Source: Nitrospirales bacterium (GTDB lineage Bacteria; Nitrospirota; Nitrospiria; Nitrospirales; UBA8639). From it: a stretch of 64,000 nucleotides of DNA. A program made the translations under genes and the position numbers. The notes under the pieces were generated by a model. It made no database searches and was not told the origin of the DNA. It worked only from the letters and a program-made list of their open reading frames with translations. The stretch is taken from contig CBDBCZ010000018.1 in assembly GCA_965203295.1 (NCBI GenBank), forward strand, positions 736,001-800,000, written 5' to 3'. Numbering within the stretch: position 1 is the first letter of the stretch; each line of letters opens with the position of its first letter. Shown here one piece after another: positions 12,029-26,629 of the stretch.

Positions 12029-12973
12029 ATCGGCAGTAGGCTAGATTCAAACTATCCGCCAGTAACACGTGTGTACGCACATGCGCAATGTTTGCGGGTC
12101 GTTCCGTAAGTTCCGTACGCCGTACGGAAATTCGAACGCAACTGAAATACGCTGTACTACACGAGCTACCGTCCGCGACAAGCGACCACGAGAAGGCCAT
12201 CATCCCCCTGCACAGAAAAGGCGCCGTTTAGCAAGCCACATGAAACTCGGCTGAGTCGACCTCGAGCACGAACGCTCCCATGACCCCTAGATCCAAGTCT
12301 TGTAGACGGTCTCGAATGTACCGCACTTCGCCCTTACGAAGTCTCCGAACGCTTTTTAGTCGCCGCTACGCTTTGCATACATATATATGACTGTGTAGCT
12401 ACTAGTCACAAGTGAAGTAATGCGATACCTTTCGCACCTTGTTATGACGTAGTTGCGAATTATAGCACAACCGTACGCGTATAAGGAACGTTTTGTGTAG
12501 TTGCGGTTCGACAAGGGATCGCACAGCGGATGTACGCGAGTTTAACGCTCCTTTCCACTTTGGTGTGGTTCATGCGCTCCTGCTATAATCGACTGCAGAA
12601 TACATTATTTCCCGATTGATCATACGGAGCTTTTCTTCTAGCAGAATACATTGATAAACTTAATGACTGTTATGTAGATGAATTCCTACCCCCTTCCCCC
12701 AAGAAACACACTACAGCACACACTTTCACAGGTAGATTTAAGGATATTAGGCATTCAAGTATTGTTAAGAACTAGGCAACTAATAGCAGAACGCACATTG
12801 TCTAAAACAAGTACAGCATGGCGAGAGATAGAGATCACGTGAGCAAAAATGAGTGATTACATAACCAATAATGTATATGCACATGATTGTGAAAGCAGTA
12901 TATATATAATATACGTTTACACAAGAGTCATGAGTGGACCGAATTTAACACTCCTCCTCACTCATGGCTCAGT

Positions 12974-15900
12974 TCAGGTTTTCTGTGGCACTATTCCTGC
13001 CATCTCTCGAAGAAGAGAGAACTGCTGTTGTGGTAGTCCCTTTGTTAGGACGTCAGCCACCATCTCGCGTATTGGACAGTACTTGAGCTCGATCATTCCA
13101 ACGCTCACTTGCTCCCTGACGAAATGATGCTTTATATCGATATGCTTGGCTCTCCCGTGGAACTGCGGGTTCCGGGCCATTGCAATGGATGACTGGTTGT
13201 CTTCCAGGACAGTAGTGGGTTCTCCTGGTGGCTTTCCCAGTTCAGAGACGAGCCTTCGCATCCATACACACTCCTGTGCAGCACTTGACAAAGCGACATA
13301 CTCCGCCTCGGCGGTCGACAGAGCCACGGTGTCCTGCTTCTTGCTTCTCCACGATACAGGTCCACCTGCGATCTGAAACATGTAGCCTGAGGTAGACTTC
13401 CTGTCGTCCATGTCTCCCGCCCAGTCAGCATCAGAGTACCCGAGTACATCGGAATCATCACTGTAGATCAGTCGAAAGTTCGTGGTGCCCTTCAGATATC
13501 GCAACACTCGTTTCGCCGCTACCCAGTGGGTTTGGTTGGGCTTGCTGGAGAACCTGGCTAGCATTCCCACAGCATAAGCAATGTCTGGCCTCGTACATGT
13601 GGCTAGATACATTAGACTCCCTACCAGTGACTGGTACAACTGTTGGTCCACTGCTTGGTCGTCTTCAGCTGCCTTTACGAGACGGTTGGCTGGATCTGCG
13701 GGGGTCTTGACCGGCTTGCACTCACTCATCCCCATCTTGGTCAGGAGCTTCTCGGCATACGTGGGTTGTCCTATCCAAGTCTCCTTCTTCTCCTGATTCT
13801 GGACAATGGACATCCCCAAAAAGTAGCTCAGCATCCCCAGGTCCTTGATGTCGAACCTTGAAGACAGCTCCTCCTTGACACTCGTCATCTTGGCTTCATC
13901 GTTCCCAGCCAGAATCATGTCATCCACATACACGCCAATGTAGAACGTGTCTTCTCCTCCTGAGACGTAGATGCAGGGGTCGGATTTCAATTGAGTGAAT
14001 CCCATCCTCTTGAGGTGAGTGTCGAGTGCTGTGTTCCAGCACCTGGAGGACTGCTTCAGTCCGTAGAAACTCTTCCTCAACTTGCACACGAGGTGTTCCT
14101 CCCCTTGTTTCTCGTATCCTGTGGGCTGCTTCATATAGACGTCTTCCTGAAGAGTACCATTCAGGAATGCGGTGTGCACATCCACATGGTGGAGTTCCAA
14201 TCCACGCTGTGTAGAGAGTGCTATCAAGGTCCTCAGCGACTCCAGGCGTACCACAGGGCAAAATGTCTCGTCGTAATCTAGGCCAAATCTTTGGTCAAAT
14301 CCTCGAGCCACGAGTCTTGCCTTGTAACGCTCAATTGACCCATCACTGTTGGTCTTCACTTTGTACACCCATTTGCAACCGATCGCCTTCTTTCCAGGAG
14401 GCAGTGTAGTCAGCTCCCAGACTTTGTTGTCCTTGAGTGACTTCATTTCCTTGCCCATGGCCTCTTTCCACTTGGCTTTCTCTGGGCAGCCGGTCGCTTC
14501 TCCGAAAGTGGTGGGCTCACTGTGGATGGTGAGGTGAACTTGTGGAAAACCGTAGTAGTCTACTGGTCCCCTCTCTCTGGTAGACCTCCTAGGTGGGGGT
14601 TCAGCAGCAGCAGGTGAGTCTGCATTGGTGCCGCCATCTTCTTTGTCCCCTTCTTCACGATCAGACTCTGGTTCATCCACAGTATCAAGGATCAATGGAC
14701 TCTGTGTAGGTTCCTCCTCCTCGACAGGCGTACTTTCGATCTCTCGCTCATCAAACTTGACATTTCTGCTGTAGAAGACCTTTTGAGTGAGGTGATCGTA
14801 GACTCGATATCCTTTCTGCACGCTTCCATATCCGAGTAGGACGCACTTTTTCGTCTTGGAGTCTAGCTTCCTTCTCTCGTCCTTCGGGACATGAACATAG
14901 GCCACACACCCAAACACTCTCAGGTGCTCCACACGTGGCTTCTGCCCATACCAGGCTTGGTGGGGCGTGGTCCCTTCCACTGCTGAGGTTGGACTCCTGT
15001 TTCTCAGGTATGCAGCGGTGGAGATGGCCTCGGCCCAGAACCTCTGGGGTAGCTTGGCATCCAGGAGCATCGCTCTCGTGGTTTCAACCAACGTGCGATT
15101 GAGCCTCTCCGCAACTCCATTCTGTTCCGGAGTCTTGGGTATGGTGAGCTCATGCCGAATGCCACAGGCTTTGAGGTGAGCTTGAAAACTCTTGGAGGTG
15201 AACTCACCACCATTGTTCGTCCTCAGAGTCTTCACTCTTTGGCCCGTGAAATTCTCCACTTCTGCCTGCCACTCTTTGAAACGCTCGAACGCCTGATCCT
15301 TGGTCTTGAGGGGGTACACCCAGGCATAGTGCGTCTTGTCATCCAGCAGTGTCAGGAAGTATTCCGCTCCTCCTATTGACTTCTGCCCCATCTTTCCACA
15401 CACGTCAGAGTGCACAAGCTCCAGGGGCATCGATGTCACGGTCTTGCTCGGCTTGAAGCTGCTCTTGCACTGCTTTCCTCCAATGCAAGCTTCGCATACG
15501 CCAACTTTTCCGGACGTGTCGTAGTCGAGTTGACTGACCAGCTGCTTCTTGACAAGCTTCTGCATGCTCTGCTCATTCAGGTGTCCAAATCGGCGGTGCC
15601 AGAGTCGCTCTTTGTTCTCGCTTTGAGCCACGCTCGCACTATTCTGAGATTTCATGGCAAACTTCAGGTAGTACAGGCTTCCCTGACGAACGCCAAGAGC
15701 AATGGTTTCCCCTCTGTCATTCTGAAACTCACAACCCAACTCATCGAAGTAGACGGTTTTTCCAGCTTCGGCTGCACTGGTCACGCTGACTAAATTGTAG
15801 GCCAACTCGGGAACGTACAGAACTTTCTTCAGTGCACATCCCCTTCTGGTTCCATCACTCAGGAGCATGTCCATGTCGACTGTTCCTTCTCCGGCGACAT

Positions 15901-16834
15901 CCAGTGAGCTCCCATCACCCAGAGTCACCTTCTCACTGGATCCCAGCTGACTCAGCTCAACGAACAAGTTGCGGTTGTTACACATGTGGCGTGTGGCTCC
16001 CGAGTCCACAATCCAGTCATTCCTTGACTTTGCCACGAGTGCATTGCTGATCACCATAGCATCCTGGGATGACTGGTGCTCCCTCTTGGACTGACGTGAC
16101 GGATTCTTGTGCTTTCCACTCTTCTCGCTTGCCTGCGCTTGGGCAAACTTCCAACAGTCCTTCTTGAAGTGACCTGGCTTCTTGCAGTAGTGACACGTAA
16201 GTGGCTTCTTTCCCTTTGCTACAAGAAGCTTCTTGCTATCGTCTGCTTCTTCCCTGTCTTTCAGTTTCTGCTCTTCCCTCAGCAAACGCTCAGTAACACT
16301 CTCCAGGGCAGGTACAGTGTCCGACCCACTCTCCAGAGCGGTCACCAGCACGTCGTAGCTTTCGGGTAGTCCTGCGAGGAGATACACGACCTTGTCTTCA
16401 TCCGAAATGGGCTCCGCGACAACTGCCAGTTCATCAAAAATTTCCGTCATCTTTCTGATGTACTCTCTCATCGACCCACTGTCACTCAACTTCATGGTGA
16501 ACAGCTTCTTTCGCAGACTCAGCTTGTTAGCCCAAGTCTTCCTCTGGAATTGTCCAGACAGCTTTCTCCAGACAGCTGCCGGATCCTCCGGATCTCCAAT
16601 GAGATAGAGCAGGGACGGGTCGATCGCCAATACTATTGTGGCTAGTGCCCGATCCCTCCGTGACATGTACTTGGCATACTTGTCAGCTTCGTCCCGCTCA
16701 TTCGGGGGTTCTTCGGTGCCAGCTACTATTCCCCATAGGCCTTCTCTAATAAGAGCCATCCTACACTGGACCTTCCAGCTCGGGTAGTTGGTACCTTTCA
16801 GCGGTACTACCAGCACTGTCTTCCCTTCTGCCAT
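12974..16834 (-). CDS. Copia Gag-Pol polyprotein, 1286 aa (Gag, CCHC knuckle, protease, integrase, RT, RNase H)
   Basis: CHYCKKPGHFKKDC; WIVDSGAT; WHRRFGH...CEAC; HSDVCG / RTNNGGEF / NGVAER; YKARLVARG; YVDD; YSDADWAG, STAEAEY, EDNQS. Domain order PR-IN-RT-RH is copia-type. Confidence 0.97.
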   Translation of the reverse strand: MAEGKTVLVVPLKGTNYPSWKVQCRMALIREGLWGIVAGTEEPPNERDEADKYAKYMSRRDRALATIVLAIDPSLLYLIGDPEDPAAVWRKLSGQFQRKTWANKLSLRKKLFTMKLSDSGSMREYIRKMTEIFDELAVVAEPISDEDKVVYLLAGLPESYDVLVTALESGSDTVPALESVTERLLREEQKLKDREEADDSKKLLVAKGKKPLTCHYCKKPGHFKKDCWKFAQAQASEKSGKHKNPSRQSKREHQSSQDAMVISNALVAKSRNDWIVDSGATRHMCNNRNLFVELSQLGSSEKVTLGDGSSLDVAGEGTVDMDMLLSDGTRRGCALKKVLYVPELAYNLVSVTSAAEAGKTVYFDELGCEFQNDRGETIALGVRQGSLYYLKFAMKSQNSASVAQSENKERLWHRRFGHLNEQSMQKLVKKQLVSQLDYDTSGKVGVCEACIGGKQCKSSFKPSKTVTSMPLELVHSDVCGKMGQKSIGGAEYFLTLLDDKTHYAWVYPLKTKDQAFERFKEWQAEVENFTGQRVKTLRTNNGGEFTSKSFQAHLKACGIRHELTIPKTPEQNGVAERLNRTLVETTRAMLLDAKLPQRFWAEAISTAAYLRNRSPTSAVEGTTPHQAWYGQKPRVEHLRVFGCVAYVHVPKDERRKLDSKTKKCVLLGYGSVQKGYRVYDHLTQKVFYSRNVKFDEREIESTPVEEEEPTQSPLILDTVDEPESDREEGDKEDGGTNADSPAAAEPPPRRSTRERGPVDYYGFPQVHLTIHSEPTTFGEATGCPEKAKWKEAMGKEMKSLKDNKVWELTTLPPGKKAIGCKWVYKVKTNSDGSIERYKARLVARGFDQRFGLDYDETFCPVVRLESLRTLIALSTQRGLELHHVDVHTAFLNGTLQEDVYMKQPTGYEKQGEEHLVCKLRKSFYGLKQSSRCWNTALDTHLKRMGFTQLKSDPCIYVSGGEDTFYIGVYVDDMILAGNDEAKMTSVKEELSSRFDIKDLGMLSYFLGMSIVQNQEKKETWIGQPTYAEKLLTKMGMSECKPVKTPADPANRLVKAAEDDQAVDQQLYQSLVGSLMYLATCTRPDIAYAVGMLARFSSKPNQTHWVAAKRVLRYLKGTTNFRLIYSDDSDVLGYSDADWAGDMDDRKSTSGYMFQIAGGPVSWRSKKQDTVALSTAEAEYVALSSAAQECVWMRRLVSELGKPPGEPTTVLEDNQSSIAMARNPQFHGRAKHIDIKHHFVREQVSVGMIELKYCPIREMVADVLTKGLPQQQFSLLREMAGIVPQKT

Positions 16835-16851
16835 CGTTCAGACTGTCGTGT

Positions 16852-16865
16852 CTGGGCCCATAACC
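16852..16865 (-). promoter_or_regulatory. Primer-binding site GGTTATGGGCCCAG (initiator-Met half-tRNA type)
   Basis: Directly abuts the 5' LTR; matches the PBS type established for Drosophila copia. Confidence 0.85.
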
Positions 16866-17255
16866 TGTTAAGAACTAGGCAACTAATAGCAGAACGCACA
16901 TTGTCTAAAACAAGTACAGCATGGCGAGAGATAGAGATCACGTGAGCAAAAATGAGTGATTACATAACCAATAATGTATATGCACATAATTGTGAAAGCA
17001 GTATATATATATACGTTTACACAAGAGTCATGAGTGGACCGAATTTAACAAGTATGGGCTTTCATTGGGCAGTAAAGTGGCCTTTACATGAAAGGGCGGG
17101 TCCTTATAGTTAGTGAAATGGTAACATTCAGCATTTGTGCAGCTTCCAGCCAAGCCATTCATTGGAAATAAAACCAACAATCATTCATCATACAGATTGG
17201 TGAGGCTCAAGAAACGATTGCCAGATCACTAACAACAATCTATTGCTACTAGTGA

Positions 17256-22011
<4,756 letters not shown>

Positions 22012-22457
22012 CTCTCCCAGACATCCATCACACTGCCACACTAAACATGTCTCTTGGGTAGAACATCAGACTGGTTATGTAACTAGACAATTTAAACAAT
22101 ATAAGTTAAGGGGCGGGGTTTCGGGACGGCAGGGGGCTTCAGAACACAACATTTCACTGCCCTAGCATTCGATCCTTTTAGGAACTGAATACGCACACCC
22201 CCTACACTGGTACGTACTTTCCAATGCTGTGCTGTTGTGTACAGAGCTACTGCCAGAGGTATAAAGGGCTAGTGACAATATCTCTGGTGACAGCTCATAC
22301 TAGCATCCACGACATTATCGCTATAGGCCCTAAGGGTGAAGCTTAGATGATATATTTTTACGAGTCTTTATATTTCGCGGTGCCATTCTTTTCAGCTGAT
22401 TCAAAGCTTGTGATATTAAGGCCATTTAGTTACTCGAAGAAAGCTTTTAGTGAGCTC

Positions 22458-22873
22458 TAGTCTCGCGGGCCAGACTAACTTTTCGCCGTGGGAAAAGTAT
22501 AGTCTGGTCGTCCGCTTATCACGTTTTTGTGCATGGTATTTACAACTATTTGTACGTCACTTAGTTTGAATGCTAATTGGTGACGTCACAGGCAAACACG
22601 AACCAGTCTTACACGGGTTGCTCTCGTTCTTTTCAAAGCCTGGTAGAGGCTAGTTTCAGACAACCAGCCCGAATCGCTCAGTCAACAGCGAAATCAGCAG
22701 CTAGCTAGCGCGCTTCCGAAAACGGAATTTCATTGTACGTGACGTCACGCGTTTAATTGCAAAAGAACAATGCGCCAGCATTCCGGCGCACTTGCACCAA
22801 AATGGAATAAGCGGATGGCCAGACTTACTTTTCCCACGGAGGTGGCGAAAAGTTAGTCCGGCCGGCGAGACTA
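22458..22873. mobile_element. Foldback MITE TAGTCTCG...CGAGACTA with a 9-bp TSD
   Basis: ~60-bp imperfect TIRs; agtgagctc at both 22449-22457 and 22874-22882. Confidence 0.9.
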
Positions 22874-24154
22874 AGTGAGCTCAACTAGAAATCATATTTA
22901 CGTCATCTATTGTGCGTGCGCACGTGTAAGTCAGCCATGCAGCTTTAAAATGTCAGCGTCGGCTGCTTGGGTTAGTGTACTCGTAAAAAGAGGCCTTGAG
23001 ATCGTAAAGAAATCTAAGATAATTTGTAGTTTGCAACCGGGAGGTTCGCCCTGATTGTGGGGCTGGTAACGAGACTAGAGGCTTCCTTTGGAGAACTGCT
23101 GGCAAACGCATTAATAAGTCTGCCTACCGACCCTGGTTTAAAGGTCTCCTGGCCCAAGCACCTAGCTAAATTGGTATTGCCCTAAAGACTGGGTCACAGT
23201 ACCAAACCCTCCCATTCACAAGCTTCATGCTTATCTGGCGGAGTCTTCGCTCGCCAGGAACTCACTTCAGTAGCTGCAGCTCTCTCTCGGCTCTCGGGCG
23301 CTAGGGTAGCTACTCGATCTGGACTCTGACGGTCAGTAGACGCTCACCCTTGCGGCCGCCGCGCCGAGAGAGTAATACTTGATTGACCTAGCTCACGTGC
23401 AGACGAAATTAATATCGCGTACCGGTAGTAGGAGGGGTCTAGCTAAATGAGCCACGCCTACAAACGACAGCAAACACGTGTTTTTATCTTTTTGTGGAAA
23501 GAAGTAGCTACATTGAAACTCAGCGAAGTCACAGTCTAGTGATCGATACACTTTACACCATGGATAACACTCATAACAGTGCTCTATTATGTTTGTTTAC
23601 ACTGTGCATCAGGTGTTACTAATAATTGGTTTATTAATAGCTTAGACTATTGTAGGCCAAACCAACATTACCGTATGGCCATTATTGAAGGGATCCTGGC
23701 ACACCAGCTAAATTAGTGAACTAAAGCCAAAAACAAAAAATGTTTTTATCTGGTGCACAATCAGATGGATTTACATGCAGCTGACTAAAATTAAAACTTC
23801 AAGGGCGGGAATGAACTACATACATGTACATGTACTTTTTGGTATGGTTACAATTCACTAGTACTGAAAGTGATAATTATTGGTACCTATACAACCTTTC
23901 TGCTTTAGTTGGCTAAAACTATTACGGTATGTTATTTATATTGCCATACTAAAACAAGACTATTAGCTCTACTATCAATGTGTGAACAGATTTGGTACAT
24001 TGCACAGCTTAGGCTATACTCCACACAATCCTCTATAGTCCGTAGGAAATAAGGAGCATGTGCATGAGCGCTCATACGCTCCCGAATTAATATTAACTCT
24101 GCATGCTTGATGACAGCTGGGTCTGCACTACTGGTACCACTGGCAACTGCCTCT

Positions 24155-24455
24155 CAAAGAGCACATTTCGAAACAACACTGCTGAATCGGGGGGTGCTCT
24201 TTTTGCTCATCACAATAGCTCTCTCACCTTTTCGAAGAACACATTTCAGAACAACTCTGCAGGTAATGCCGGTGGTGCTCTTTATGCATATATGAACATC
24301 GCATTCACCCTCTCAGAGAACACATTTCAGGACAACTTTGCTAGTTATTCTGGAGGTGCTCTCGCTGCAATGATAAATAACTACATCAACCTCTCAGAAA
24401 ACACTTTCCAGAACAATTCTGCTGGAGGTGCTCTTTATGCAAATATAAGCAACAT
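24155..24455 (+). pseudogene. Isolated fragment (~4 coils) of the beta-helix repeat gene family
   Basis: SKSTFRNNTAESGGALFAHH...NNSAGNAGGALYAY...SGGALAAMINN closely matches repeats in 44221-49014; no signal peptide or TM region. Confidence 0.85.
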
Positions 24456-24462
24456 TAAATTA

Positions 24463-25340
24463 CTTACTTGTGGTAGAGACTGTATAAAAACATCCATTTT
24501 GTGGCATTAACAACATCTTCGTCTGAAATGTCAGCAGCAGTGACTCCATAGCAAATGTTATGAGCTATACTTGTATTCAAGACCACAGGTTTCTGAGACA
24601 CGATACCAATTTGACATCGAAGCCAGCGGATATTAACGTCTCTTAACTCTTTACCAACCAATATATGCATCATGAGCTCCCATAAGCCCATATGAATTTA
24701 TATGGGGGTTTTAATATTAGGCGTTATAACTTAGTACAGGCTTTTCTGCTTCTTTAAAGTTGTTTATTATGGTTGGTAATGGTGAAATTACTTGAGTCAA
24801 GTTGCAAAGAGCTAGTGGATGGGTTGTAGAATCAATACATGTAATCACTAGACAAGTGAGTATGTTGTATTTAATGATTGAATATGCCCTCAGTGGTTCC
24901 CCTTTACTAAATCTCACTTCAGTGTTATTAACCCTTTCACCGGTATAGGCCACTTTACTGCCCAAAGAAACAAAGCAAAAGCCCATACCTTATATTAACA
25001 CCTAAACTAAGATCCCCTTTATAAAATCATATGGCCCTTATGGAAGCAGGTCTCTACCGGTGAAAGGATTAAACTAAATGTGCACTTCCATGGGCGTCAG
25101 CAGTTTCTCAGCAGAAAGTTTCCTTCGGCAGGTAATCACAAAGTGAAGCAAAACATTTCATGTGGTCTCCGGCCCATAACGGTAAGTAGCTATTTTAGCT
25201 GTATAGAGACCTTCAGGATGCACCTATAATCCACTTTTAATTGGGCTTCAAGTTCAACGACTATAGCTGACATCACTCAGGTCTCTAAAACAGCCTGATT
25301 ACCAACAGTCTAACTGCCTTAGACTATGGTTTCTAACTTT
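24463..25340 (-). pseudogene. Degenerate copy of ABCB exon 23 and its upstream intron (source ~49883-50450), with two MITE insertions
   Basis: cttacttgtggtagagactgta..., INIRWLR.QIGIVSQ.PV and the intron block taccaacagtct...agactatggttt are collinear with the intact gene. Confidence 0.85.
24932..25068. mobile_element. piggyBac-type MITE with TTAA duplication
   Basis: ttaa|ccctttcaccggta...taccggtgaaagga|ttaa; the homologous site in the intact ABCB intron (~50236-50245) has a single ttaa and no insert. Confidence 0.85.
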
Positions 25341-25722
25341 AATTTCTCTATATGAAATACATAAGAATATTTGATATACATAGCCTCTCGTTCCCAGGCC
25401 GGTGTATAGCTTTTTGGTTACACGGAGAGTTTAAGAGGGCTCGGTATCTTAAGTCATGTAATCCGCTTCAATTACAGCTTTACATTTACGGGATAAGTGT
25501 ATGGCACAAATGGGCTGTGAAGAATGGCTGCAAGGATTGTAGACTCGCTACCTTCATTCGTTGTCTCAGAATTGCAACTGTACTCGCGCACACTCATAAT
25601 TACCATTCTACTGTACATGTACGTAAGGAATTTTTATTTATTTGTGTGCATTTTACGTACTTGTATCAATAAAAGGTTTGTCGAGCGCTGTGTCGAGTGT
25701 GATATTTGAGGGAGAATGGGTT

Positions 25723-26629
25723 ATACAATTGGCATTTGGTTGACAAAATTGTACAAGTGATAGTAAGTACAGCCCCATTTTCCAAACCCAACGTATCATA
25801 TGAAAGAAAGTACACTGTCTCCAGAGAACTATAGTTCTGGAAAACTGATTTAATCCAGACACTGATTAATTGTGTACATAACACACAGCAAATAGAATTG
25901 TGATTGTCTGATTGATCATGATGGTGACAGAGTTTAATTTCCAAATCGTGAGCTAAAAGGATATAATGTCTGACAACACAGTTAGCTGTTAACTGAAACA
26001 AACAAATCAAACGAGCTACAAAATTATCACAGTGCAATATGCCATTTAACGGATTACCATCCTACATCTTTCCAACCACATACACTACTACTAATGAGTG
26101 AGTATGTGTTAGCAGTGGTTGGAGGTCAGCACATTCACCATGTAGATGTGCTTGTAGGAGTGATATGTTACTATAGTAAAACAGTGTACAGTGGAACCCC
26201 TCTTTAAGGACACCACTGAAATAAGGACACATCTGCATCAAGGACACTTTGCTATGTCCTAAAAATTATGCTTTCTTTATCCAGAATACCTCTCTATACA
26301 GGGCACACCCCCCCCAAAAAAGGAGACAACCGTTTGAAAAATGCATACAATTGGCATTTGGTTGCCAAAATTGTACAAGTGATAGCATTGTACCACTTGA
26401 AGACCTAATTACCAATTTCAGAGCCCTATACTGTCACCATCATTATCAATCAGACAATCACAATTCTATGTGCTGTGTGTTATGTAGCTACACAATTGAT
26501 CAGTGTCTGGACTGAATCAGTTCTCCAGAACTATAGTTCTCTGGAGAGAGTGTACTTTCTTTCATATGATACGTTGCTGTTAACTGAAACAAACAAATCA
26601 AACAAGCTACATAATTATCCCAGCGCAAT
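25723..26629. repeat. Local duplication with an internal inversion
   Basis: 25723-25763 matches 26345-26385 (direct); ~25793-25945 matches ~26410-26571 (inverted); ~25985-26028 matches ~26576-26629 (direct). Confidence 0.8.

Larger units (their letters stand above)
9642..12154 (-). mobile_element. IS630/Tc1-mariner DNA transposon carrying two convergent genes
   Basis: 33-bp perfect TIRs cagcgtatttcagttgcgttcgaatttccgtac (9642-9674 / 12122-12154) plus a further matching acggaacttacggaac block. TA on both sides (9640-9641, 12155-12156). The reconstructed empty site is the palindrome tagTActa. Confidence 0.92.
9404..12582. mobile_element. Older non-autonomous TIR element (~660 bp of its own sequence) interrupted by the Tc1-like element
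   Basis: Left end caggagcccatga...aaggagcgtcaaact vs reverse complement of right end caggagcgcatga...aaggagcgttaaact. Flanks ttataat / ctataat may be a 7-bp TSD with one mismatch. Confidence 0.55.
12763..17050 (-). mobile_element. Full-length Ty1/copia LTR retrotransposon
   Basis: LTRs 12763-12950 and 16866-17050 (TGTTAA...TTAACA) differ by one substitution and one 3-bp indel. 5-bp TSD agtat (12758-12762, 17051-17055). PBS at 16852-16865, PPT tgaggaggag at 12951-12960. Confidence 0.97.

Noticed and set aside
13132..16607. Many short antisense or alternate-frame ORFs inside the copia element
   Set aside because: Shadows of the GC-rich gag-pol frame with no independent motifs
23100..23400. 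GC-rich stretch resembling a DIRS/Ngaro terminal region
   Set aside because: No split repeats, RT or recombinase remnants found in the window to support it
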